Of a stretch of 64,000 nucleotides of DNA, positions 1 to 12,839 are shown piece by piece. The position numbers and the translations under genes are program-made. Source of the DNA: Octopus sinensis (Eukaryota). Within the stretch, counting starts at the first letter, position 1, and each line of letters opens with the position of its first letter. Below the pieces are notes generated by a model. It was not told where the DNA came from. It made no database searches and was given only the letters and a program-made list of their open reading frames with translations. The DNA lies in contig NC_043002.1 in the NCBI RefSeq assembly GCF_006345805.1, positions 930,001-994,000 on the forward strand, read 5' to 3'.

Positions 1-1400
1 AGAGATTCATCCCCTCTCAGCAATGGCTTTAATTGCACATTGATACTGTTCCACAATCCCTTTTCCACCTGGCCAGTATACATATCTCTGAAGAAGTGTC
101 TTGTGCTCCACCTTTTGAACATCTCCCTCAGCTGTTCTGAGCAGAACACCCTGCTGTTGTCCATCAATAGCTCATCTACAGGATCCCTTTCAAGAACACT
201 GCATTCAGCACTTCTGCAATTTCAGCATCAGTCTTCATCCTGATTTTCATCCATATAGCCATTTATCCCAGTCCACAGTCAAACATTTCCTGATAGTGTG
301 TCATGTCATTGGCTTCCCCTCTTCCAGTCTTCCTCTGTCTGAATCCTTCCTGTTTTGTGCATGCTCAGAGCAGAATCGATGGATTGGCACCTGTTGCAAC
401 TCCCCACTATCCTCCAAGTGCTCTCCCTGGTGACATTCAGGTTGATTGTCCTTGCCAAAAATGTCCTGTCAACCACCATGTAGTGCATGTTGTGAAGTCT
501 CTTTAGTTCTGTGCCCTCTGGCTGACAAACTGCTGCTAACCCACTTGGAACATACTCTGCTGTTTCCAACCAGTGCTTTTTCACTCCGGTTAGAACGTCT
601 GCTTTATTCCTTTCTGAGGGCATGCAATTCCAGGCCAAACTTGGCAGCTAGCTCCTTCAGGATTCCTAGGTTATGATTAGCACTATTTCTGCAGCCTCTT
701 TCATGTGAATCCCCTTCTGGTTGGTGATCACTGATTCCACCAACCCCCACACTGTGGCGGAATCAGTCTGAACCTTGACAATTCGCAGTCCTCATCTCAG
801 CGCTAGGTTCATGCCCTTTAACATGGCATCCAGTTCGGCTATGTTGATGTAGTTGTAGTCATCCTTCTTCCTAATCCACATTGTGTCTTCCACCTCAACA
901 CCCATTTCCAGAATGACTCCCAATGCTATGCTGCTTGCATCATACCACACAATCTTTTCTTTTGTATCAAGCATGTACCGGCTGCCCTCCACTGGATCTT
1001 TCCCTCGCACTCCATCCAAGGTCTCTCACATCATCACCATCGTCATCTCTCCCATTTTATTACTCCAGTTTGCTCCTTCTGCTCACCTTTTGACATAGCT
1101 ACATGCTGCTTGGAGCCATCCTGTTACTGGACAATCCATCACGCCTACAACCTTCTTCCTCTGCTCCACACTCCTCGCATGCAGCACACCAGTCACCAAA
1201 CTTCACTCCTGCTCCACCAATGGTCACACCACCCAATCATGAGATCATGTCCATTCTGACCACTATGTCGATGCCATCTTCTGCCTCTTCCACTACAATC
1301 ACATGCAACCTCAACATGAAGCCCTGTATCTCCAGTTCCACATTGCTGATGCCCTACTTTTGAATTTTCTGCCATCTACTACACTGAACCTGGTATTTCC
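1..1400 (-). mobile_element. Degenerate Ty3/gypsy-like LTR retrotransposon pol (protease, RNase H, integrase; RT missing)
   Basis: Minus-strand translation with stops and frameshifts: protease-like GIDIVVRMD..LGGVTIG; RNase H VWYDASSIALG..HINxAELDA-like motif and TDSATV; integrase H-H-C-C region (LHNMHY..CNRC) then ELLMDNS..F and GKGIVEQ. Confidence 0.85.
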
Positions 1401-1517
1401 TCTCCAGCTCTCAACCATTCTCGCACTTACGAGGATGGCCGTACAACCCATATCTATGAGGTCTTGTGTATATGTATATGTATGTATGTATTATGTATGT
1501 ATGTATGTATGTATGTG

Positions 1518-1562
<45 letters not shown>

Positions 1563-1577
1563 AATGAATGAATGAAC

Positions 1578-1896
1578 CTCTACTTGTGAAGACCTGTTGA
1601 GGCAAGTGAAAATCGAAATCGATCAACATCAATGGAAATTGCAGCTGTGATACCAGTGCCGGTGGTACGTAAGAGAACCATCCGTTGCCAGCCTCGCCTG
1701 GCACCTGTGCCGGTGGCACGTAAAAAGCACCCACTACACTCACGGAGTGGTTGGCGTTAGGAAGGGCATCCAGCTGTAGAAACACTGCCAGTTTTGACTG
1801 GGCCTGGTGCAGCCTTCTGGCTTCCCAGACCCCAGTTGAACCGTCCAACCCATGCTAGCATGGGAAGCGGACGCTAAACGATGATGATGATGATGA
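1578..1896 (+). mobile_element. 3' terminus of RTE-clade LINE with (GAT)n tail
   Basis: Same 3' UTR and tail as the RT-bearing copies at 28745-29755 and 40962-43115. Confidence 0.8.
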
Positions 1897-1996
1897 TATA
1901 TGTATGTATGTATGTATGTATATATATATAAATATATGTATGTATATATATATGTATGTATGTATGTATATATATATATGTATGTATGTATGTATA

Positions 1997-2029
<33 letters not shown>

Positions 2030-2210
2030 ATATATATGTATGTATGTATATATATATATATGTATGTATATATATATATATGTATGTATATATCTATATG
2101 TAGTATGTATATATATATATATGTATTATATATATATATATATGTATGTATGTATATATATATATGTATGTATATATATATATATGTATGTATGTATATA
2201 TATATGTATG

Positions 2211-2241
<31 letters not shown>

Positions 2242-2564
2242 GTATGTATGTATATAATATATATATGTGTATGTATGTATATATATATATGTATGTATGT
2301 ATATATATGTATGTAGGCGCAGGAGTGGCTGTGTGGTAAGTAGCCTGTCTACCAACCACATCATTCCGGGTTCGGTCCCACTGCGTGGCACCTTGGGCAA
2401 GTGTCTTCTACTATAGCCTGAGGCCGACCAAAGCCTTGTGAGTAGATTTGGTAGACGGAAACTGAAAGAAGCCCGTCGTATTTATGTATGTATATATATA
2501 TATGTATGTATGTATGTATATATATGTATGTATGTATATGTATGTATCTATATATATGTATGTA

Positions 2565-2597
<33 letters not shown>

Positions 2598-3381
2598 ATA
2601 TATATGTATGTATGTATATATATATGTATGTATGTATATATATATGTATGTATGTATATGTATGTATATATATATGTATGTATGTATATATATATATGTA
2701 TGTATGTATATATATATATATATGTATGTATGTATGTATGTATATATATATATATATGTATGTATGTATGTATGTATATATATGTATGTATGTATGTATA
2801 TATATATATATATGTATGTATGTATGTATGTATATATATATATATGTATGTATGTATGTATATATGTATGTATGTATGTATATATATATATATGTATGTA
2901 TGTATGTATATATGTATGTATGTATGTATATATATATGTATGTATGTATATATGTATGTATGTATGTATATATGTATGTATGTATGTATATATGTATGTA
3001 TGTATGTATATATGTATGTATGTATATATATATGTATGTATGTATATATGTATGTATATATATATGTATGTATGTATATATGTATGTATGTATATATATA
3101 TGTATGTATGTATATATGTATGTATGTATATATGTATGTATGTATGTATATATGTATGTATGTATGTATATATGTATGTATGTATATATATATGTATGTA
3201 TGTATATATATATGTATGTATGTATGTATGTATATATGTATGTATGTATATATATATATATGTATGTATGTATATATATGTATGTATGTATATATATATG
3301 TATGTATATGTATATGTATATATATATGTATGTATGTATGTATATATATGTATGTATGTATGTGTATGTATGTATGTATAT

Positions 3382-3429
<48 letters not shown>

Positions 3430-3440
3430 GTATGTATACA
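1897..3440. repeat. (TA)n/(TATG)n microsatellite tract interrupted by a SINE
   Basis: Direct inspection; source of the spurious Y/I/M/C-rich ORFs. Confidence 0.98.
2316..2480 (+). mobile_element. tRNA-derived SINE, 5' part
   Basis: A-box-like tggctgtgtgg and B-box-like ggttcggtccc; homologous to copies at 20341, 26225 and 50183. Confidence 0.85.
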
Positions 3441-4130
3441 TTTAAGCTTAATGTTTGGGTTCCACATATCTTGAAAGAGATTCACTTAACAAATCAATAT
3501 TTGTGAGATGCAGCTCAATCGCAATGAAATCAACCTTCTTTTTAAATGAATCATCACTGCTGATGAAAAATGGATTGTTTACAATAACATCAATTGAAAA
3601 CGACCATGATCCAAGTGTAATGAACCAGCACAAGCCTCATTGAAAGCTGAATTGCATCAAAAAAGGTCATGCTGTCAATTGTGTTAGGTATTTCGAGCTG
3701 CTTCTAAGGAACCAAGTGATCAATTCAGATGTTTACTGTCAACAACTAATGAAACTGGAGGAAGTAATTGAAGAAAAATGACCAGAATTGGCAAATCGTA
3801 AAGGAATCGTGTGCCACCATGACAACGCTAGACCACACACATTTTGCTAACTCGTGAAAAATTGTTGGAGTTTGGTTGGGAAGTGATGTTACATCCTCCA
3901 TATAGCCCTGACCTTGCACCATCAGATTACCATTTATTTTGAACTTTGCAAAATTCTTTGAATGGTAAAACTTTCACTAATGATGATGACCTGAAATCAT
4001 GTTTGCTTCAGTTTTTGGCTGATAAGGACTAGAAGTTCTATGAGCATGGAATCATGAAGTTAGCAGAAAGATGGCAAAAGGTCTTTGAACAAAATGGAAA
4101 ATCTATAACTGATTAAAGTTCATTCTTTGT
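3441..4130 (+). mobile_element. Degenerate mariner transposase (C-terminal two thirds)
   Basis: WVPH, ITADEKWIVYNN, HHDNARPH and HPPYSPDLAPSDYHLF motifs, with stops and frameshifts. Confidence 0.93.
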
Positions 4131-4184
4131 ATATATATGTACATCTATATATATATATGTATGTATATATATATGTATGTATAT

Positions 4185-4236
<52 letters not shown>

Positions 4237-4312
4237 CATATATCATCATCATCATCGTTTAGCGTCCGCATGGAAAACGGACGCTAAACGATGATGATGA
4301 TGATGATATATG

Positions 4313-4376
<64 letters not shown>

Positions 4377-4639
4377 GCATGTATATAAATATGTATGCAT
4401 GTGTGTGTATGTATGTGTGCATGTATATATGTATATACATACATATATATGCATGCATGCATGTAATAAACAAATAACAACAAATGGTAGGTATACATAT
4501 ATGTGCACCCCCTTCCGTAGCCACACATGGTATAGAATGAAAAGCAAAATAAAAGGCTATAGGTAGCAGACTTGTATTTCCAAACCTGGTGGAACTGTCC
4601 AGCTGAGCAGTCAAAGCTTCTTACTCATTGGTAAACATG

Positions 4640-5335
4640 GGAAAGGAATGCTTCATGATTAATGATAATTATTATACATGAGAGAGAGGGAGCAGCAGCA
4701 GCAGCAGCTTCTGGTGTTCCCATTGGGACAGTCATAAGGGGATTAGGATATGAGGAGAAGGCAGGTGGGTTTCCACTGATAGTTAGCAAGATATTCAAAA
4801 TAGCAAAGTAGGTGAGTGGCTCGTTAAAGAGCGGAGGAAAAAGTTGAAGTGCCTTTGTGGCAGTGTGTAGAATATCATAGTAATTGTAAGGTTGATACAG
4901 TGAAGACAAGCAATCCGATTGTTGGAGCAGGTCATGGCAGTTACTGAAAGAGTTTTAGTACAAATGATAAGAAACCGAATTAGTCTGGATGAATTAGTTT
5001 GTACTGGAGAGAGGAACTACTGATGTTATCTCAGAGAACTGCAGGCTGGGAAGATGCGACAATACCTGGCCTTTATTAAAGCAGAGTTGTTCTTTGACAT
5101 GATCTGTAGTCTGATGCTCACCAAGGAAACTAGGGATAGATAAGGGGCTTATGAAAACTGTGTAAGCCCTTTATTGGATGTGTATTTATTAAGAGAGTTA
5201 GCAATAGGATAAGTGAGTAATTTAGTGTGCAGGTAAGAGTCCCTGACGGCTCAGTACTTTGTTCCCTCCTGTTTATTATAGACCTCCAAGCCATAATGGA
5301 GGAATTTACGATCAGCTGTTCATGCAAACTTTTAT
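4640..5335 (-). mobile_element. Degenerate L2/Crack-like LINE RT C-terminal fragment
   Basis: Weak similarity to the SDLSW..HI / LLTLYK.QIRP and HPY..RT.HY..FFP regions; similar relics at 24700 and 46500. Confidence 0.5.
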
Positions 5336-7084
5336 ATATGCTTATGACCTAGTTCTTATGAAATTGGGGGAAGATTTTGAAAGTTCAAATAGGAAAATCT
5401 AAAATGAAATGGCCCCAAAATAAGCTTAGCAAACACTAACGTATTAGCAGGAAAGAAGACAGGATTTTGCTTTTGACGAGGGAAATGTTTGTGCCTTTTC
5501 TTATGCAGAAAAAGCAGTAGAAATTTTATATTGCACCTCATGTGGACTGTAGATGCACAAAGGGTGCAGTGAAATTGTGGATAAGCTGAAAGTTTAAGGT
5601 AAACCTTGTATGTGGTTGATATACAGAATTAGTTTTTAGTGAGAGGACCATTAAAACATATTTTTGCAGGATATAAATGAGATCAAATATTGTATGCAGG
5701 AGGAGACTGCTAGGAGAGATACGTAAAGCATGTGAGTTTTTTCAGGAATTGCCAAGCACACAAAGTAGATGGAAACTATGAAAGAGGGAGACATAGAACA
5801 ACAAAGTGATGGAATCTGATCTCAAGAAGCTGAACATTACAAAAAATTACCAAAATGTGCAACAAGCATGAGGCAGTGTTAAGCAAGATCTACTCATCTG
5901 TACTAGCATGGCAATATGGACATTAAAAAAAGGGTGTTAGTGATGGATGTTGGGATGTTTATCTATTGTTTAAGACTCATTCCTTGTTGAGTTTTTATCT
6001 GCTGCTGCCCTCTTCCATTTCTTTCTCTTATTCACTGTTTCATACTACTTGGAACAATCCTAAGAGATGGCATTAGATCGGCCAGCTGCATTCAATCTTC
6101 TCACCACCATCCTCTGTTCCTCTTCCATCTGTACTGAGGTATTTGTATCTAGTAACACCCTGCCATCCTCTTCACCCTTCATCCTCTCTCTCTCTCTCTC
6201 TCTCTCTCCCAATTATACTCTATTGACATCTGCCGCACCCTCTCACCACCAGTCGTCATTGTTTTCCTCTAATCCTTTGCTTTCTCTTATATTTTTTCCT
6301 TTGGAAACTGGGAGATGGAGGAAGCAATGAGTGGAGCCGTTTCACACTATCAGAGGTTGGAGAAATAAATGGAAATGGAAAAACCTCACTCTATAAATGC
6401 TAATGTTAAGATGAGAAGTTAAAGGAAAACTGGAGAATCAGGGCCACAGAGTATGGGATTAGGATTTAGAGAATCTGAGGCAGAATTGGCAGCAGAGATG
6501 AGCTTCATAGGAAAAGAGTGAGAAAGAAATATTTGAGTTGGAAGCAACTTTATAGTAAAGAGTATTAAAAGTTGAAGAGGAAAGTTGATGATGAATAACA
6601 AGATGGTGAAAATGAAAAAGGATGGTTGATATAGAAAATGGAATCATCATCATCATCATTGTTATAGATAATAACTACAGATAATGAAAAAAATGGAAGG
6701 AAGAATTTTAAGAGGGAATTGGGTATATATGTGATCAAAGGTGTGTTAAAGTCTGAAAATATGGAATTTAATTGAACAGTAGTATTACATTGCTACTATA
6801 AATGGTGTATAGGCAAAATAATAGAAAAGAGAAACTGCTTGTGAAACTGGAATGAACTGGATGAAGCTGGGATAAATGTTGGATTTATGAGGGTGAAATG
6901 ATGAGAGAGTTGAAAAAATATAAATGGTGGCAACCAGGTGGAATGAAAAGGTTTTAACCTGAGATGGAGAGTATGGAATCATGTGAGTAAATAAATATAT
7001 GAAAGGAAGATGTGTTGGAGCGATAAACACAAGAGGGAAATAGATTTTCTTAAATCTCTGGAGACTCCCTAGAAGCTTTAGAAA

Positions 7085-7480
7085 GCTTGTTACCTAAGTG
7101 ACCTAATTAGCAGTGGAGGAGGATGTTGTGAAAGTATGGTGCTAGAATATGAATGTGGGGCAAGATCAGAGCTATTGTCTCTGTTGGCTACGAAAGGTCT
7201 CTTTCTCAGAGCGAAAGGCAGATTATATGATGCTTGTGCATGAACGGCAGTACTACATGGTAGTGAGATGTGAACCCTGAATACAGAGGACATGTGTAGG
7301 CTAGAGAGAAGTGAAGCTAGTATTCTCTGTTGGATGTACATGTATAACAAAGTGCAAATGTATTGAAAGAGAAGTTAGATAGAAGAGGAATCAGATGTAA
7401 TGTGATTCCTCTTGTGTTTGGCCATGTAATGGTGTATGGACAAGGACAGTTATATAAAGAAGTGCTGGTCACTTAAGGTG
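7085..7480 (+). mobile_element. RTE-clade LINE RT C-terminal fragment
   Basis: YLxDLISSGGGC..ELLSLLATKGLFLRAKGRLYDAC..LHGSE, homologous to 41030-41300. Confidence 0.8.
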
Positions 7481-8959
7481 GTTGGAAACTGTGGAAGAGT
7501 TCCAGGAAGACAAGGGACAAAATAGTGAAGGTCGATCTCAAAATGCTGAGTGTCATGGAGAAAGCGACAAAGGACTGGGAAGATTGGCAATTCATTGTGC
7601 TCCAGAAAACCCATCAACCACAGCCAAAATGATGTCCTGGAAGCATTCTGTTTATGTTTCTAGCTTATTCTCCCTTATCTCATTCCCCTAACCCCCCCCC
7701 ATCAGGCGATGTATGGCACTACGTGGCAGCAAAATTGGCACATATTCCCCACCACTTACTTTACCCCATCAGTTACCCTCTCCTTTTCCCTGCAACTTCC
7801 GTCCCTTATGCTCCCCTCCCCTCCCCCCTTTCCTACTCTATTTTCATCAAACACCGTTCCCTGCCTAGTTCTCTTCACTGGATCATACTCCGCTTTATGC
7901 TCTCGCAGGCTTGCTTTTATTCCCAACACCCTCTCATCTCCACCATCCATCATGCCCAACCCACTAAACACACTCTGATCTACCCTCAATCCCCCTCTCT
8001 GTTGCTCCCCCTACACCTTACACACCACCCTCCCCACCTTACAATCTCTCCTCTTTCCTGAGTCACTGCTCTCTCACCCTACCCCCCACTCCATACTGAT
8101 ATTTCCCATCAGCTGCACCTCTACCCAGCTCTCTTACTCTCCCATTGCATTTCTCTCCACATCTCAGTCCTTGATTTTCTCACCCAATTTGAGAATTTGC
8201 TGTGGCACACCATCACTAGCATCTTACTTCTATAGCTTTGTCTTCCCAGTTACTACTAATCACCATTGTAATGTGAGGTAGCCATATCTCTCCCCTATAG
8301 CAAGGCATTTGTGTTTGACCCCTATCACACTTTAACTTCTCAGCACCTGGATAAAGCCACCCTACTTCCTAATTCGTCTGCACATCCCTGCCTTAGGCAG
8401 GTGTGTGTGTGGGGGCTTTCTCTTTCCTGTTCTTTTCTCTCTTGCAATGTACTTGGCAACTTCACTCGTGCAAGTGGCATGAAAAGAGCATCCAATACTT
8501 ACTGTGAGGTGGTTGGCATTAGGAAGGGCATCCAGTTGTAGAAGCAGACACTGGAGCTCAGTACGACCCTGCAACTTGCTGTGTCCTGTCAAATCAGTAT
8601 GGAGGATGGAGATTAAATGATGATAGATAGCACACACATATACACACACAGACATACATTCAGTATCACGTATTTTCTCCCTTTTTCTCCTGCTTCTCTT
8701 AATGCTTTACATTCTCCCCTCTTTCTTATTTATCTTCATTGTACAATTTTTGGGGTTGTTGTTTTTGCACTTTATATTTCCATGCTTTTGCTTGTCTCAC
8801 TCTGTCTATTGTTTGCTTGTTTTCTCTTTTCTTTGTAGTCTTTCTTGAACTATTTTGTGATTTCTATTGATTTATATCTTTATACCTTTGCAGAATAAAT
8901 TACCACCATTTTGCAGATTAACCATAGTATGTGTATGTGTGTGTATTAGTAGAGAAAGA

Positions 8960-9291
8960 AAAGGTCCCCTTCACTTATGAATGATCATGGGGGTTGCACC
9001 TAGAAATCTCCCCTCCGAGGCACAAGTCTGGGTGAGGTTTTTTTTTGGAAGACCAGCGGTCACCCATGCTTACCAGCCTCCCCTCACCGTGCCACTGATG
9101 CTCTCCAAGGGAAAAATCAAAGGCTGATACAGCTTGGCACCTGTGATGTCACAACTCATTTCTACAGCTGAGTGAATTGGAGCAACATGAAATAAAGTGT
9201 CTTGCTCAAGAACACAACACAGCCCAGTTTGGAGAAATGAACTATCTTGTGGTTGTGAGCCTGATACTCTAACTGCTGAGCTGTGTGCCTT

Positions 9292-9293
<2 letters not shown>
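8960..9293 (-). mobile_element. tRNA-headed SINE with CORE-like central domain
   Basis: Minus strand begins gcacacagctcagcagttagag (A-box-like), then cttgagcaagacactttatttc..ctcagctgtagaaatgag, resembling the CORE-SINE domain. Confidence 0.6.
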
Positions 9294-9333
<40 letters not shown>

Positions 9334-9849
9334 GGTGGTTAGGACATTGCACACCTGATCATTTCATGTTACTCTGCTGCTGGGACTTTGATAGAAATGC
9401 TTTACAATATATCTTCAGACTTTCTACAGTCAAATCCCATCTGCTTGGAGACCATTCCAGTATTCATCCCAAGTCTAGTCATGTTGGCTGAAGTTCCAGC
9501 AATCTATATAATGGTGGCTGAGGAGGATATGGGCCTTCCCAGGTCATATAGAGTTCTGGAGAGGGTTCACATGCACTGCTAGGCTATATATATATATATC
9601 ATCATCATCATCATCATCATCATCATGATCATCATTTAATGTCTGTTGTCCATGCTAGCATGGGCTGAATGGTTTGACTAGGGCTGGTAAGCTGAGGGGC
9701 TGCACCAAACTCCAGTCTGATTTGGCATGGTTTTTATGGCTGGATGCCCTTCCTAATGCCAACCACTTTGAGAGTGTAACGGGGGCTTTTATGTGCCACT
9801 GGCACAACACCAATATCTGCACAATGATTTTACTTGATTTGATGGGTCT

Positions 9850-9880
<31 letters not shown>

Positions 9881-10325
9881 CACGTAGATATATATATATA
9901 TATACGTAGATATATATGCATGTGGCAGTGTGAATGCAAGCACATGGTTTTTGGTTCACTCACATTGCTTGGTACCTTTTGCATGTCTAGTGTAGCCCTA
10001 GGTCAACCAAGTAAATTTGGTAGACAAAAACTGTAGGGAACTGATCGAATGTGTGTGTGTGTATAAATGATATTTCTTTTATTGCTATTAAAGCAAAACA
10101 ATGGTGATGTTGACATTTCATCTGGTTGGTCTGAGCTTTCAAAAACCCATGGAATATAAAAATTCTTTATCACAAAAAGAGTTGAGAATTGAAACAAGAC
10201 ATGTATTTGGCTATAAAAATCCTGTCTCAAAGTCAATTCCTGTCCAAGCCATGCTAACATAGAAAAACAAATGTAAATAACAAACAAATGTTTATATATA
10301 TATAATATTGAGTTGCATAATAGTG

Positions 10326-10375
<50 letters not shown>

Positions 10376-10521
10376 CTGGATTCTTCCTCTAAATTGTAAA
10401 CTCTCTCTCTATATACATAGATCATCGTAATCTTTATGTCTGCTTTTCATGCTGGCATGGGTCAGATGGTTAAACAGGATCCAATGTGTTGGAGACCATA
10501 CCATGTTCCAATATGTATATA

Positions 10522-11359
10522 CAGGGTGTTCAGGTTAAATTTGACAATTTTTTATGTCTCATTTTGTGAGGAACAGCTTGATGAAGACAGTCAATGGTTC
10601 TGGAGAGCATAATGATTAAGGTTGTAGTTGAGAAAAAGTTAGCTGACACGGAGAACTGGAGGCCATTTTAATATGGGAAAAGAGCTTCCTGTGTCCTGAT
10701 GGATTCCTGCTGGATATCAAAAGGCCAACATTACGACTGCTGCTCAATGCTCTGTGAACACTGTAAAGGCTGTAAGACCTGACATGAAAATCCAGTTCAC
10801 TGAACGGTGGTGGTCTTTAGGCATGTCTCCAGTGAAGGTGACGTCATCTGACCCACATCTTTGAACAGGGCTTTGTGTTCAGTTCAGATGGCTATGTGAA
10901 GCTGCTGGAGATGGTTGCTACTGGAAGGCCATATGTGTAGCAGCAGGATTCAGCTCATTGCCGTAGCTCTGGAAAGAGTGTGAAGTGGTTGCCAGAGAAT
11001 TTCTACAACTTCACCAGTCCCAGTTTCTGGCCTCCTAATCCCCCCAAATGTAATCCTACAGATTACTATGTGTGAGGTGTGGTTGAGAAAGACACCAACT
11101 GCTCTGCCTGCAACACCAAGGCCAAGCTGATGGCCAAAACCAAAGTGGGGTTTGAAGATCTTCCTAGCGATACAATGAGGAACACATGTGCCTGGTTTCA
11201 GAGCCGTCTTGAGGCCACAGTCGAAGCTGAAGGTGGCTCGTTACCTACCAGCCATAATCTAGTTGATATTTTTGATGTGCTAAAATATTTTTATTTTTAG
11301 ATTGGATATTGTGTTTCCTGTTCCCTTTATACAAACTATCATTTAACTTAAACACCCTG
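10522..11359 (+). mobile_element. Tc1/mariner (maT/DD37D-like) internally deleted element with TIRs
   Basis: TA-flanked TIRs cagggtgttcaggttaaat / atttaacttaaacaccctg; QQDSAHC..S and WPPNPPKCNPTDYYV motifs. Confidence 0.88.
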
Positions 11360-11861
11360 TACATACTTGTATCTATATATATATATATATATATATGTAT
11401 TGCCTGTGTCTCTGTGTTATACATACATACATACATACATACATACATACTTGCATGTTGTGTACATGTATATAATGTGTGTGTGTATTTATTTACATGA
11501 CTATAATACAATTATTCAGATGCTGGTTACCACTGGTTTCATACAAACTTGACGTGAAAGTCTACTTCTCATATGTTGTTCTGTTCTGTTCTTCACTTCC
11601 TTTCTCCCTCCCCTCCTCATCCTCCAGATTTATCTCCCCTCACTTTCTCAATGTCTTCTGTTACCCCAAATTTCCCCTTTCTCATCCCCTAATGCCTGTG
11701 AAGTGGTATATTTATGATCCTGAGCCGAGATTACTTTCCCTCACCTACAATTACCACCACCTTCATTCTAACTTTGAATTTATGTCTACAGTTTAGACAT
11801 TATGGTCTTTATTGTTTTTTTTATTTTTAAAGATGTTTAGATGTTTTAATCTTTGTTTCAA

Positions 11862-12537
11862 AATCAAAATCAAAATCGATGACTGGCATCTGTGCTAGCT
11901 GGGTGCAAAGAGCACCATATGAGTGTGATCGTTGACAGAGCGGCTGACCGGCCTCTGTGCCAGTGGCACATAAAAGGCACCATTCGAGTGTGATCATTAC
12001 CAGCGTCACCTTACTGGCATACGTGCTACTAGGGTATTAAGAGCACCATCTGAGCGTGATCGTTGCCAGAGTGGCTAACTGGCTTCCGTGCCGGTGGCAC
12101 GTAAACGGGCACCATTCGAGCGTGATCGCTACCAGCGCCGCCTTACTTGCACCTGTGCTGATGGCATGTGTAAAAAGATTCAAGCAAGGTCATTGCCAGT
12201 ACTACCTGACTGGCCCCCGTGCCGTAGCACGTAAAAGGGCACCATTCGAACGTGATCGTTACCAATGTCACCTTACTGGCACCTGTGCTGGTGGCATTTG
12301 TAAAAAGATTCAAGCAAGGTCATTGCCAGTATTGCCTGACTGGCGCCGTGCCGGTGGCATGTAAAAAGCACCCACTACACTCTCGGAGTGGTTGGCGTTA
12401 GGAAGGACATCCAGCTGTAGAAACTCTGCCAGATCAAGATTGGAGCCTGGTGCAGCCATCTGGTTCGCCAGCCCTCAGTCAAAATTGTCCAACCCATGCT
12501 AGCATGGAAGGCGAATGCTGAACGATGATGATGATAA
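11862..12537 (+). mobile_element. RTE-clade LINE 3' UTR with ~62-nt hairpin repeat array and (GAT)n tail
   Basis: Repeated GTGCCGGTGGCAC core and the shared terminal 150 nt. Confidence 0.8.
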
Positions 12538-12839
12538 TGTTTCACTATCAAACACAGCACAAGGGAAATAATTAAAGCTAAGTAATGGAGAGAATTATGA
12601 TTCCTGGCCTTTACAGTTCTCTAGATTGAAATGAGCTTCAACTCATTTTGTTTTTTATCAGAATTCAGTTTCTATCACAACTGTCTGACAAACAGGAATG
12701 TGAAACTGAGTAAAAGTTTAGTGATAATTTTGCAGCTTTATAATACTCTACCTTTGGTATTCAACTGCTATTTTTTCCACCTTGTTTCACACTTATGTGC
12801 TCACCTGTGTGTGTGTATGTATGTATATATATATACATA

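Noticed and set aside
2316-2400. Possible tRNA genes at SINE heads (also 9200-9293, 20341, 26225, 50183)
   Set aside because: A/B-box-like motifs are present, but no complete cloverleaf, and each continues into a shared SINE body.
7700-8250. Pro/Ser/Leu-rich ORFs in pyrimidine-rich tracts (also 29900-30500, 36169-36465, 52147-52614)
   Set aside because: Low-complexity CT-rich or (CCT)n sequence; no domain or splice evidence.
11890-12380. CRISPR-like appearance of palindromic repeats separated by variable sequence
   Set aside because: The inter-repeat segments are homologous to each other, the array sits in a LINE 3' UTR in a eukaryotic intron, and there are no cas genes.
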